DNA from: Cyanophora paradoxa CCMP329
Lineage: Eukaryota; Plantae; Glaucophyta
Assembly: GCA_004431415.1 (NCBI GenBank)
Contig: QPMI01000265.1
Location: 24,738-88,737, forward strand
DNA: 64,000 nucleotides
Direction of reading: 5' to 3'
Shown: positions 25,143 through 36,500 of the stretch, piece by piece
How positions within the stretch are numbered: position 1 is the stretch's first letter
How the letters are laid out: the number at the start of each line of letters is the position of its first letter
The notes under the pieces: generated by a model
Seen by the model: the letters and a program-made list of their open reading frames with translations, nothing else
Told to the model about the DNA's origin: nothing
Databases searched by the model: none
Program-made: the position numbers and the translations under genes

Positions 25143-26070
25143 TTGAAGCTTTGCATGATCATGATCCGATGATCCCGGATCCGGAACCGTTGAACATTAA
25201 CCTCGGGAGCTCGACCTCACGGAGTCGTACTAGTTCTAGTACTGTTGATCAAGATCATGATCCGGTGATCATCCTCCGAGGCCCTGAGGCTCGATGGCTC
25301 AGTGATTTGAATTCTGAACTTCCGAAGTTCGGAAGTTCAGGCTTGCCGGCCCGGTGGGGCCCGCTGCCCCGCCCGGCTGGGCCCGGCCAGACTCTGATCA
25401 TGACAGACTTCGAGGGGGGGCTCTGAGACTCAGTGACTCTAGATCTGCAGCTGAGCTCGACTCTGAGTCCGACGGTCTAAGAGAGTGTCTCTCCTCGGAC
25501 TCCCTGGGAGTTGTTCGAGTCACTGAGTTCGAGAGTCCCGGAGTCCATCGATATATCATAGCTATATAGCTATAGTATCCTCATGATCATCGGATCAAAC
25601 CCGGTGACCGTTCAACTTGGCAAGGTTGCCTAGCAACGTTAACTAGTGAAGTTACTAAGCCCTGAGCCTTTGATCATGAAGCTACACTGTGACAAGCCTT
25701 GGAGCCTAGGCCTTGAAGCGATAGAGCTATATATAGTTAAATCCGATGATCAAGTAAAGTTTTGAAAGCTTGACTCAGTGATCATGAGCCTCGGAGTCCG
25801 ACGGTCCCGGGTCCGGATCCAAAACTCCCCGGGGGCCCCGGGCCCGGCCCGGCCGGGCCCCGATCGATATCATGGTACTACGGTATCCGGATCCGCCGGG
25901 CCGGGACTCAAGCCGGCGCCATGCCGCGGCCATGATCATCGCCGAGTCGGATGGGACTCTCGAAGTCTGACCCCGCGGGGCCGGCCCCCCTGGTCCAGGA
26001 TTGCAGTACCCGAACCTTAATTTCATTTGCTTATAATTCACATGAGCCTCAGAGGCCTGAGGCTCGGAGT
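25143..26070. repeat. Non-coding region saturated with 4-9 nt palindromes (GATCATGATC, CCGGATCCGG, TAGCTATA)
   Basis: Directly visible; no credible ORF. Confidence 0.6.
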
Positions 26071-26166
26071 GCACCTTGCACCTTGCCGCAGCTGCAGCGC
26101 CAGTTAAACGTTGGCTAAGCGGAAATTTAAATCTCGTTGTTACAATACAACTGCATGCTTTATGTT

Positions 26167-29100
26167 TCAAATCTGCGTTTGGTTCTGCATGAGGTGAAGG
26201 GTGAGGCTGGCCAGAAAGGCGGGGATAGAGTGAGAGATCCGGAGGCTTTCCAGGACATCCGCAGGCACGCGGCCACCGGGGCAACAGTACTCCGTCTCAA
26301 GCATCTGGCGCATGGGTAAGGGCAGGATGGGGAGGGGAGGGGAGGGCAGAGAGGGAGAGTGAGGGAGAGGGGGGAGGGGGGGGGGGGGAGGGGGGGGGGG
26401 AGGGGCGCTTGCCTGCATACGGCCCTGCTCGTCGAGCTTGAAGCGGAGGACGTCACGCTCGCTCTCCGCAAAGGCCGAGAGCAGCTGGTACTCCTGGTTC
26501 ATCATGCTCATCTTGTACCCGAAGAGGTTGTAGCACGCCTCGCGGAACTCCTGCACGGAGCGCTTGAAGACCTGCGCCCCGGGCGGGCGTGAGCGTCCGG
26601 CAGGCGCGTGGCGTGGAGGCTGCCCACCTCCTTCATGCGCGTGACGTTCTTTTGCGCGTCCCGCACCTGCTCCCGCAACCGCTCTCGCTCCCGCTCCGCG
26701 GCCTCCCCCGCGAGCGGGGCGGCCCCCGCCCCCGCTGAGCCTGGCGTAGCCGGCGTCGACGGTGTGACCGGTGTCTGCAAGCCCCGCGCCCCCCGCCCCG
26801 GGGCGCCCTCCGCCTGCCCCGCGCCATGCTCCGGGCGCTGCGAGGCGGCGTGAGGGGCGGGGCGGGGGCGGGGAGCGGGCGGGGCGCCTTGAGGAGGTCG
26901 GCCTCGAGGGCGGCGACGCGCTGTTTGAGGCGCTCGTTCTCGCCCCGCATCGCCTCCTGCGCCGCGCGTGAGGCGCCGCCGCCGGCGCCCGGGGCGGGGC
27001 AGGCGGGCCATGTCGGCGGTGAGCGAGGAGGCGGCGCTGCCAGCGGGCCCCATGCCCATCTTCGCGGCCGCTGCGACGACCGCCGGGTTGAACCGCATGT
27101 GCAGCACCTTCGCCGACGCCGCATTGTACTCCCCACGCCCCAGCTGCATCGAGCGCTCGCTCGCGGCGCGGGGCGCGCGCGAATGGGGGCGGGGCGCGCG
27201 AATTCGCGGACCCGGGCTTCGAGCTCGGCGACGCGTTTGGAGAGCTGCTCGCACTCCCGCTCCAGCGACGCCCCCTGCACCTTCAGCCGCTCGTTCTCCT
27301 CCTGCGCGGCCCGCTCGCGCCGCAGCGGCGCCGCGACGGCGAGGGGCGCACCCTCAGCTGCACGGCTGCCGAGACCTGGCCGACGGAGGAGGGCGCGGCA
27401 GAGGCGGCGGGGTCGGCCTGGGCGGCGAGGCGGGCCTGCAGCTCGGCCACCAACTTCCGCTCCTCCCCGAGGCTCTCCTCCAGCAGCTGCCCCGCCCCCG
27501 CCCGGCTCGGCCGCCCGCCCCGAAGGGAGGGGCCCACGCAGCGCACCCCGGCCCGCTCCTGCGTGAGCTTGTCGACGTTCGCCATCGTCAGCTCCTCGCC
27601 GTAGGAGTCCTGGGACGCGCGTCGGTGGCCGGGGCGGGGCGGGGGCGCGGGGCGCACGATGATGCGCTTGAAGCCATCGCGCTCCTTGAGAGCGATAGCG
27701 AGCCGCCGCTCGCACCGCCGCGACGCCTCCTGGACCGCCGCCGCCTCCCGCCCCGCCTTCTCCGCCTCGCCCCGCGCCCCCTCGAGCTGCCGGCCGGCTC
27801 GGGGCGGCGCGGGGGATGGGGCGAGGGCGGCGGACCTCGCGGGAAAGGGCGGCGACGCGGGCCTCGAGGGCGGCGGCCTGGGCGGCGAGGACGCCGAGCT
27901 GGTCCGCCAGCAGCGCCCGGTCCTTCTGCAGCAGCTGCACGTGCGCTGCCACCGCCCCCGCCGTCGCCTTCCCTTCCCCGTGCCCAGAGCCGGCCGCCTC
28001 CCCTCCCGGCCCCGCCCGCCAGCAGCGTCCGCGCCACCCGCTCCCTGTCCCCGCCGCTCACCGGGGCCGCGCGAGGCCAAGCGCGGGGCGCACCAGCCGG
28101 CGACTTCGGCGGCGAGGACGTCGGCGCGGGCGGCGGCGGCGGCAGAGGCGGTGGCGGCCTCCTCGGCGCGGGCGGCGCGCTGCTGTGCGGCTTCGAGTTC
28201 CTCGCTCAGCAGCTCCACGTTCTCGCTCTGCCGCGGCCCCGCGCGCCCGCGCCGTCCCACGCCCTCCTCGAGCGACCGGATCTCCGCTGTGCCGGCGTCG
28301 CACCAGGCCGGGCGGGGGCGGGACGGCTGCCCGGCGCACCGCGAAGGGAGCGTATGACGGCCTCGGCCTCCTCGTGCGCGTCCGCCCGCGACCTCAGCAC
28401 CTTCTGCTCCTCCCTCAACTGCGGTGGGCGCTCTGCGCAGGTTTGCGGGGCCGGTGCGCCAGGCGGCGCGCCTGCATAAGCGCCGCCTGGGCGAGCTCCC
28501 CTTCCTCAAGCTGCTTCTCCACCTCTTTCGCCTTTCGCCTCCCCTCGTCCACCTGCCGCGCGCCTCAGCGACGGCGCCGCCATCCCCCGAGCGCCCCCGC
28601 GCGCCCTCTCCCTGAGCTCCTCCAGCTCGATCTGGAGCGCCTTCTGCTGCGCCGCCGCCCGCTGCTCCGCCTCCGCGAGGGCCCCCTTCTGGTCCCGCAG
28701 CGACGACTCCAGCGCCCGCACTTTGTCAGCCAGCGACGCCCGCTCCTTCTCCACCTCGCGCGCTCGCTGCTCCACGTCCTCCTTCGTCTTTCGGCTCTCC
28801 TCCTCCACGCTCTTGAGGCGCGCCTTCAGCTCGCCCTCCACCTCAAGCAGGTACCGCCGCTGCCGCCGTAGCTGCTGCGGTGCGCGATGCGCGCGAGCTC
28901 AGAACTGACGCATCCGCCTCGCAGTTTGCGCACATCAATTGTCTTGGCGTCGTTCACGCTCTCCGCCTCCCGCGCCGCCCGCATCTTTGAAATCTCCAGT
29001 TGCAGCTACGGACGGGTCAACTCCGATCACCCGCAGGAAATCGAGGATATCAGCGAAAAGCACCTCTTCGCACTGCGCGCGGCTCTGTGCGAGCTCAGCG

Positions 29101-29396
29101 TTCTGTAGGGCGGAGGACACGGCGACGCTCGCTGTCCAGGAGCATTAACTCCTGGGCGGCGCGCGCGAGAACAGCCCGGCATCCGCACCTGTATCGTCGG
29201 GCCTCGGACCGCCGGAGGCGCGCTTTCGCTTCGCAGTCGGCGAGAGGAGAGGTTCGCCGGCCTCGGCTGGCAGCTCGCTGCCCGAGGTGCCCCGCCGAAC
29301 GAGGTCTTCGAGTTGCTGGATGTGCACGGTCTGCTTTGCGATGACCGCGATGGCCCGAGAGAGCTCGTTGGCATCTGCGGGCTCCAGGCCAGCCAT
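26167..29396 (-). CDS. MAD1: Spindle checkpoint protein MAD1 (spliced)
   Basis: Long coiled coil; KVLHMRFNP (MAD2-interaction motif); C-terminus RMKEVF...EFREACYNLFGYK...SIPAFLASLTL. Confidence 0.9.
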
Positions 29397-30375
29397 GGCG
29401 CCGAACGCCGCCTTGGTGTGTGTTATGTAGCGTTATAGATAGCTGAAGACGAGTGCTGCTGCGTGCTAGTAAGCTGCCAGACAGCTGCAGTGCCGTGTCA
29501 GTGCGGCGACAGTGCCAGCTGGGCGGGTACAAGTGCCCTCTTGCCGGTGGCAAGTGGGGGCGAACGCAGTGAAAGCTAGCTATAGTACTAGTACGTATAC
29601 GCGACTCGCGATCGGCGATCGCGAGCTTGAATTCGAAGATGCCTTGATGCCTTCAACGTGAACGTTGATTGACCTCCCCTCGGGGTCGCGCGCGGAGCGC
29701 GCGACCCCTCGGCTCGGCCCGGATCGGCGACCAAGTCCTTTAATTTACTAATTGTTACTTAATTAATTTATAAGTTTTTTTGGTGAATTACCGGCCACAG
29801 TCTCTAGACACCAGCACTGCGGGGGCTGCCCAGGGGGCATAAAGACAAAAAAGCAAAATAACTAAGACAAGAGCACGAAGAAAGATAAGACAAAGAGCCA
29901 AAATCGACAATAAAAAAGGAAAGACACAGAGCTCGAGACAGATCGATAGCGAGAAGAGACGATAAATCGAGCAGATCTAGGGACAGAGGATAACTGACAC
30001 GAAGAAGCCTTGAAGAGCCAGAGCTAGAGATACCATCAATATCAGAAGGAATTACATCACTAAGAAGCGGGGGACAAAATTGAGAAAGATAAATAACAGG
30101 AAGAAGACAAGTATATACGTAAGAGGAACAACAAGACGACATGGAGGCGGAGGCGAAGCAGGACGATGCGAAAGGGCAGAGCTACGGCACGAGGTCGAGA
30201 AGGACACAGGAGGCGGAGCAGGCGGATCAAGAGCAGGCAAAAGGACAGTCAAAGGAATCACTAAAGCCGGCCGGGGTCGAGGCGGGCAGTCGAACTGCAA
30301 ACGACGGCGAACAACAGGTCGAGCACGAGGACTATAGCTAGTATTGAAACTAACTCTAGCATCAACACTACGATC

Positions 30376-30832
30376 AGAAGAAGAAGAGTATGTATAAGAC
30401 ACGCCCAAGCCGGTTGTGCGGTTTTGACGAAAGGCGAAGGACCCGAAGGCCCGAAGCACAATCGACAGTGAACCAACCAGACAAGGGTAGTGGCGGCGCA
30501 GACGGGCGCCTATACAGTTCACCATGTATGCCCCGGCGGTCCGGCGCTCATACACGCAAACCTGGAAAACAATCGGCGAAATCCCAATGCGGGCCTCTTC
30601 CTAATGCCGGCCTGGGGTATTCCCGATCCTGTTTAGAGCTTTAAACCCCAGTCGAGGAGAGAAATTGAAGGTCCATGGCATCAGCTTCAGCATCATAGTC
30701 AATGAGCACCACAGGAGAACCCGAATCATCACTGAGAACTGAAAGGTCAGCAGGAGAGGAAAGATGCAAACGTTTAACGGAAGGAAGAAAAGATGGGTCA
30801 ATAGTACCGTCTGGGTAACCATAGGCATCCGA
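30376..30832 (-). repeat. 457-bp internal direct repeat, copy 2
   Basis: Near-identical to 31887-32343 (offset 1511, no indels seen). Confidence 0.95.
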
Positions 30833-31987
30833 ACCAGACCGAACTAAACTAGAAGACGAAGAAGTACGCCGGCGCCGGCGGGATACGATCGCGACCAGCG
30901 AAGCAGAAGACGAAGGCAAAGGCGGCAGTCCGGTATCAAGAACAAAGGCCGGAGGGTCCGGCCCGGCAAACCGCCGGGGGGAAGTAGAAGGAGCCGCAGG
31001 CTCGGCAAGCCGGCGACGGGTACGACCACGAGTCCGGGAGGAGATCGGGGAAGCCGGTCCCGGAGCTGAGGGCCCAGGAGCAGAGCCAGGAGAAGGTAAG
31101 CCCGGCGAGAAATCTGACCCGGAGCCGGAACCCAGCGAACGACGACGACGAAGAGGCCCCCGAGGAGCCACGACGGGGGAGCTACCGAGCAAAGTACTGA
31201 CAGCCGGCGCCGAACACGGCGGCGGAGGTACCCCGCAGACAGTGGCAGGCGGAGGGTCCAGGGTCGATCGAGAGATCCGCCGACGGGAACGCGGCGGGGG
31301 CCGACGAGACGGAAGAGGCGAGGAGGGGGCCGAGGAAGGGTCGGAGGCAGGGGAAGGGCCGCGAGCAGGTGACGGGGATCGCTGCCGGCGCCGAAGAGAG
31401 GGCAGCGAAGCAGGAGAAAGGTCGGGTGGCGCCGGATCAGATGACACGGAGGTCAGGGCCATGGGCGGCGCAGAGAGAGACGAGCTCGAGGGCGCAAGGG
31501 CCCGACGAGGGCGCCGGCGGCGAATCTCACGAGCGCCAGGAAGCGGGATAGGACCCGCAGATGGGACCCGAGGCGCCGAAGGGGGAGCAGGGAGCCGGAA
31601 TGACGGGGAGACCGAAAAGAGGACAGTCTCGCCAACACTCGGAAGCGGGGCAGAGGCCGAGGACCCGGAGCTCGAGGGGGGGAGGGAGGGCGGAGGAGGA
31701 GAGAGAAGGCGGCTATTCGAAGGGTATGGAGAATCGAGAGCGGAGGCGAGGGAGGCCGAAGTGATGGCGAGCTCTGGAGGCGAGGGGGCCTGCAAGCGGA
31801 TCCGGGAAAGTGGATGCAGACGCAAAGAGACCGGGGACGTAGAGGCGGGAGGGGCATGCAAAAAGATAGTGCCGCCCAGCGTCACAAGAAGAAGAAGAGT
31901 ATGTATAAGACACGCCCAAGCCGGCTGTACGGTTATGACGAAAGGCGAAGGACCCGAAGGCCCGAAGCACAATCGACAGTGAACCAA
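30641..31987 (-). CDS. Ser/Pro/Arg-rich ORF of the retroposed cassette (no ATG start in this frame)
   Basis: 448-codon open frame with an N-terminal hydrophobic stretch; C-terminus shared with the upstream ORF. Confidence 0.4.
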   Translation of the reverse strand: MVHCRLCFGPSGPSPFVITVQPAWACLIHTLLLLVTLGGTIFLHAPPASTSPVSLRLHPLSRIRLQAPSPPELAITSASLASALDSPYPSNSRLLSPPPPSLPPSSSGSSASAPLPSVGETVLFSVSPSFRLPAPPSAPRVPSAGPIPLPGAREIRRRRPRRALAPSSSSLSAPPMALTSVSSDPAPPDLSPASLPSLRRRQRSPSPARGPSPASDPSSAPSSPLPSRRPPPRSRRRISRSTLDPPPATVCGVPPPPCSAPAVSTLLGSSPVVAPRGPLRRRRSLGSGSGSDFSPGLPSPGSAPGPSAPGPASPISSRTRGRTRRRLAEPAAPSTSPRRFAGPDPPAFVLDTGLPPLPSSSASLVAIVSRRRRRTSSSSSLVRSGSDAYGYPDGTIDPSFLPSVKRLHLSSPADLSVLSDDSGSPVVLIDYDAEADAMDLQFLSSTGV

Positions 31988-32343
31988 CCAGACAAGGGTA
32001 GTGGCGGCGCAGACAGGCGCCTATACAGTTCACCATGTATGCCCCGGCGGTCCGGCGCTCATACACGCAAACCTGGAAAACAATCGGCGAAATCCCAATG
32101 CGGGCCTCTTCCTAATGCCGGCCTGGGGTATTCCCGATCCTGTTTAGAGCTTTAAACCCCAGTCGAGGAGAGAAATTAAAGGTCCATGGCATCAGCTTCA
32201 GTATCATAGTCAATGAGCACCACAGGAGAACCCGAATCATCACTGAGAACCGAAAGGTCAGCAGGAGAGGAAAGATGCAAACGTTTAACGGAAGGAAGAA
32301 AAGATGGGTCAATAGTACCGTCTGGGTAACCATAGGCATCCGA
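31887..32343 (-). repeat. 457-bp internal direct repeat, copy 1
   Basis: Near-identical to 30376-30832. Confidence 0.95.
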
Positions 32344-33591
32344 GAGGCAAGGAGGAGTGACGGGGCGATTCTCAACAAGGTTTGCCTCACGGCTCCCCGT
32401 TTCCACACGCAGAGGAAAAGCCGGATCCACCAGTACAGGGTCACACTTAAAAGTAAAGTTGTACTCGGGGCGTTTAGTTGATGGATCACGGCGGTCATAA
32501 TAAACAGGGTCATGGTCCACAGCAAAATCAGCCAGTTTCTGAGCAGCCACAGCACAAAGTATAGTTGGGGTGTTCATTGAAAGGGGTAAGAACATTGTGT
32601 GGTCGCCAAGAGTAATGTTGGGGTTCGCAGATGCAAGCTCAATTTTTTGAAAAAGCATGTCTGTGTCAATCTCTGTTGGGGCCTTGCTGGAGACCAGGAC
32701 GTTGTTAGGTTGGGTGAACGCATGCTGAATTGAGACAAGGACAGTCTGAATAAACTCATCAGACTCCATAGTAGCTGCAGTATAAAAGGAATGGTGCGGT
32801 GGGGCCGATGGAGGGAGGCTGATAGAAAGTTCGACCAAGACACGGGGCTCAGGATCAGTGGGCGCCATTTCTTTGCTGAAAGCTGGTACAGAGCCGGGGA
32901 GGCAAGAGGCAGAGTTTGCACGGACAAAATCAGTGACAAAGTCCATGTCAGAGAAAAGCAATTCACGTTTGCTGAGAGAGTCGCGTTCAACGCGCACAGA
33001 GGGGAAAGCGTCCAGGATTTTGTCCAAGGTTCCATGGTGCGCCACGAACGACTGGTAGGCGCCGTGGTCGGGGCAGTGGAAGTCCAGAGTCATGTCAACA
33101 GCATTCTTTTCAGTGTTAGAGCGGGCCTCAATGGTAATTCCAGGAGTGTGACCGTGCACACGGTTGCCCTTCCAATCGGTTGTGTATATCCGGCGCTGAA
33201 AAGGAGGAGTTTGGTAGTGCTGAGTCATAGCTTTGATGCGGGTGAGCATGTGTTTCTGTCGAACGGAGCCTTGGACTGCTGACACATCGCGGGCTTCCGT
33301 GAAACGAGCGGCACCAGGGTTTAACGGGAAACGAAGACGCATTTGACGAGAGACCCCGTCGGCATGGAGCAGTTCCATCTTTGTAAGGTACTTCTGAGCG
33401 GCCGGCGCGGCACCAAAGGCGTCCTGCTCACGACGGGCGTCACCACGGTGCCAGAGACCGATAAAACGAGGCCGTTGATCAGGCTTCTGGAGCTTTTGAG
33501 AAGCGTCACGCTGCGCAGCCAGTTTCCATTTTTGTACGTTCGCCATAACGGTCAGAGCTCTACGCGCGACGCAAGCGTCAGGAACAGGCAT
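32176..33591 (-). CDS. Intronless orphan ORF (about 470 aa from the Met at 33591) in the retroposed cassette
   Basis: Long open frame (32176-33720) at moderate GC with globular composition; no RT, EN or integrase motifs recognised. Confidence 0.7.
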   Translation of the reverse strand: MPVPDACVARRALTVMANVQKWKLAAQRDASQKLQKPDQRPRFIGLWHRGDARREQDAFGAAPAAQKYLTKMELLHADGVSRQMRLRFPLNPGAARFTEARDVSAVQGSVRQKHMLTRIKAMTQHYQTPPFQRRIYTTDWKGNRVHGHTPGITIEARSNTEKNAVDMTLDFHCPDHGAYQSFVAHHGTLDKILDAFPSVRVERDSLSKRELLFSDMDFVTDFVRANSASCLPGSVPAFSKEMAPTDPEPRVLVELSISLPPSAPPHHSFYTAATMESDEFIQTVLVSIQHAFTQPNNVLVSSKAPTEIDTDMLFQKIELASANPNITLGDHTMFLPLSMNTPTILCAVAAQKLADFAVDHDPVYYDRRDPSTKRPEYNFTFKCDPVLVDPAFPLRVETGSREANLVENRPVTPPCLSDAYGYPDGTIDPSFLPSVKRLHLSSPADLSVLSDDSGSPVVLIDYDTEADAMDL

Positions 33592-36500
33592 AGAGGTAGG
33601 CGCAAAACGTAGTAAACTATGCGTATAGATAGAAGGATCAGCGATTTGTGCCCGAGGGCAGAGAGTTTGCGCCATACGGCAGAAAGTTTGCGCCCGAAGG
33701 CAGGAGAGTCCCAGAATCACGCAAAGGGTAAGAAAAGGTGCGTACCACGCTCCGCGCTGCTGCCGCTGTGCTGCTACGTGCCTCGCCAGGTTCCGGGGGC
33801 GTCACAGTTGCAGAAGCGGGGGCAAGAAGGATGGGCTGAAGAGGGGGCTGAACCAGGAGGACGTCAGAAAGAGGGCCTCGCAGGGGCGGAAGTGGAGGAG
33901 CAAGGGGAAGAGGTAAGAAGGGGTATGGAGCTGCAAGATGACCAGGGACCTGCCGGGGAACAGGCAAGTGATCATGAAGAGGCCCCGTGACAGCAAGTTG
34001 TAAGGAGGGAGGAGGCAGAGGCGGGGCCAGAGGGCCAAGGAGCACAGGGATCGGGACCGCAGGGAATGGGGGGAAAGGAGCGTCGAGAGGGGCAGCGAGA
34101 GCAGGAATAGGAATGGGCCCAAGGGTCACTACAGGGGCCAGAGCAGGAGGGGACGGCGCAGGAGGCGGGCGACCACCAGGGATCCCCAACGGGACATTCC
34201 CACGAACGGCAAACTCCGCAGGATTCAATTTATAAGTTATGTGATTGCAGCATGCATATACTAGGTCTTCAAGGCTTCGACTCGCCCCCGCCCGCCCCTG
34301 CTCGTCTCATATGCATGATCCGATGATCAGGATGTGCGCGCAAGGGGGGTTAAACGTTCTGAATTGAAACACGTGAAGCTTAAGACAGCTTCTAGGCCGC
34401 CGGCGCCTGACTCTAAAAGCGCCCACCGCGCCTCGCCCCGCGCCGCCCTGCCGCGTTCGAATTCTAGCCGCGCCCTAGGCCTCGCCCGGCGAGCCGTGCC
34501 GCCGCTTGCCGCGCCTCCGCCCCGCCCGGCGAGCCGCACCGCGCGCCGCCCATCGCGAGCTTGAATTCGAAGATGCCTTGATGCCTTCAAGGCTTCATGA
34601 TCAACGTTAACGTTGATTGACCTCCCCTCGGGGTCGCGCGCTCCGCGCGCGACCCCTCGGCTCGGCCCGGATCGGCGACCAAGTCCTTTACTAATTGTTA
34701 CTTAATGTATAAGTTATGTGATTGCAGCATGCATATACTAGGTCTTCAAGGCTTCGACTCGCCCCCGCCCGCCCCTGCTCGTCTCATGATCAGGATGTAC
34801 ATGTGCGCGCGCGCAAGGGGGGTTAAACGTTCTGAATTGCAACACGTGAAGCTTAAGACAGCTTCTAGGCCGCCGGCGCCTGACTCTAAAAGCGCCCACC
34901 GCGCCTCGCCCCGCGCCGCCCTGCCGCGTTCGAATTCTAGCCGCGCCCTAGGCCTCGCCCGGCGAGCCGTGCCGCCGCTTGCCGCGCCTCCGCCCCGCCC
35001 GGCGAGCCGCACCGCGCGCCGCCCATCGCGAGCTTGAATTCGAAGATGCCTTGATGCCTTCATGATCAACGTTAACGTTGATTGACCTCCCCTCGGGGTC
35101 GCGCGCTCCGCGCGCGACCCCTCGGCTCGGCCCGGATCGGCGACCAAGTCCTTTACTAATTGTTACTTAAGTTATGTGATTGCAGCATGCATATACTAGG
35201 TCTTCAAGGCTTCGACTCGCCCCCGCCCGCCCCTGCTCGTCTCATGATCAGGATGTGCGCGCAAGGGGGGTTAAACGTTCTGAATTGCAACACGTGAAGC
35301 TTAAGACAGCTTCTAGGCCGCCGGCGCCTGACTCTAAAAGCGCCCACCGCGCCTCGCCCCGCGCCGCCCTGCCGCGTTCGAATTCTAGCCGCGCCCTAGG
35401 CCTCGCCCGGCGAGCCGTGCCGCCGCTTGCCGCGCCTCCGCCCCGCCCGGCGAGCCGTGCCGCCGCCCGCCGCACCTCCGCCCCGCGCCGAGAGCCGCTT
35501 CGCCGCCCGCCGCGCCTCCGCCCGCGCCGAGAGCCGCTTCGCCGCCCGCCGCGCCTCCGCCCCGCCCGGCGCGCCGCTCCGCCGCCCGTCGCGCCTTCGC
35601 CTCGCCCGGTGAGCAGCGCCGCCGACCGCCCCGCCTGCGCCCCGCCCGGCGCGCCACGCCGCCGCCCGCTGCACATGCGCCCCGCCCGGCGAGCCACGCC
35701 GCCGCCCGCCGCGCCTCCGCCCTGCCCGGAGAGCCCGCCGCCCGCCGCGCCTCCGCCCCGCCCGGCGCGCCGCGCCGCCGCCCGCCGCGCCTCCGCCCCG
35801 CCCGGCGCGCCGCTCCGCCGCCCGCCGCGCCTCCGCCCCGCCCGGAGAGCCGCGCCGCCGCCCGCCGCGCCTCCGCCCCGCCCGGCGAGCCACGCCGCCG
35901 CCCGCCGCGCCTCCGCCCCGCCCGGCGCGCCGCTCCGCCGCCCGCCGCGCCTCCGCCCCGCCCGGCGAGCCGTGCTGCCGCCCGCCGCGCCTCCGCCCAC
36001 GTACGCGCGCGCGTTCGCGGCTATAGCGTTTTAGTGCTTAACGAGGAGATGCTAATGGTTTCGATCTGCGGGGCAGCTCTCCTGAAAGAGCGAAGCCGCG
36101 AGGGATGATAACGCTGATAGCCGAGCGTAGTCAGCACGATCACATCGCAAGCGTGCCTACCATTCGTTTCACGCCTTTCGCAGCAGATGCGACTTCCTTG
36201 GACATGGTTCCCCGGAACCGGAGACCTGCGACAAGACGGCACGCTAATCAGCTCGACCTTTCCGACAAGCTGCGCTAAGCTCACAAGCCGGACGTACCTG
36301 ATCACGCATACGACCTCCGAAACAACAGCCCGGCCTTTACACAGCAACGACCACCGACGGCGAAGCACTGCGACCAGGGTACTTCACAGGTCGACCTGGG
36401 GATACACCAACTCTACGTTCCCTCGACTCCAGCACTTGCGCAAGCTTTGGCGCATGCAACGCGTAGCGCTGCAAACTATGCCCTAGCCCATTCTTAATCT

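Larger units (their letters stand above)
29777..34226 (-). mobile_element. 5'-truncated retroposed (TPRT-type) insertion with no visible RT or endonuclease
   Basis: TSD AATTTATAAGTT at 29765-29776 and 34227-34238. Short A-tail (T-run at 29775-29781). The first ORF is open at the 5' junction. Intronless. Confidence 0.8.
29588..36000. repeat. Head-to-tail tandem repeat, unit about 470 bp, 3 copies; the first is split by a retro-insertion and the last ends in a GC-rich subrepeat expansion
   Basis: Units start ATCGCGAGCTTGAATTCGAAG at about 29618, 34552 and 35025. Copy 1 resumes at 34227. 35400-36000 is made of CGCCCGCCGCGCCTCCGCCCCGCCCGGC subrepeats. Confidence 0.9.

Noticed and set aside
32040-32125. 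HDV-like or hammerhead ribozyme (GGCCGGCAT on the minus strand)
   Set aside because: I could not find the nested pseudoknot core or CTGATGA/GAAA motifs by eye; kept only as generic structured RNA
30376-32343. LTR retrotransposon/TRIM bounded by the 457-bp repeats
   Set aside because: No TG...CA ends, PBS or TSD, and ORFs read through the repeat boundaries
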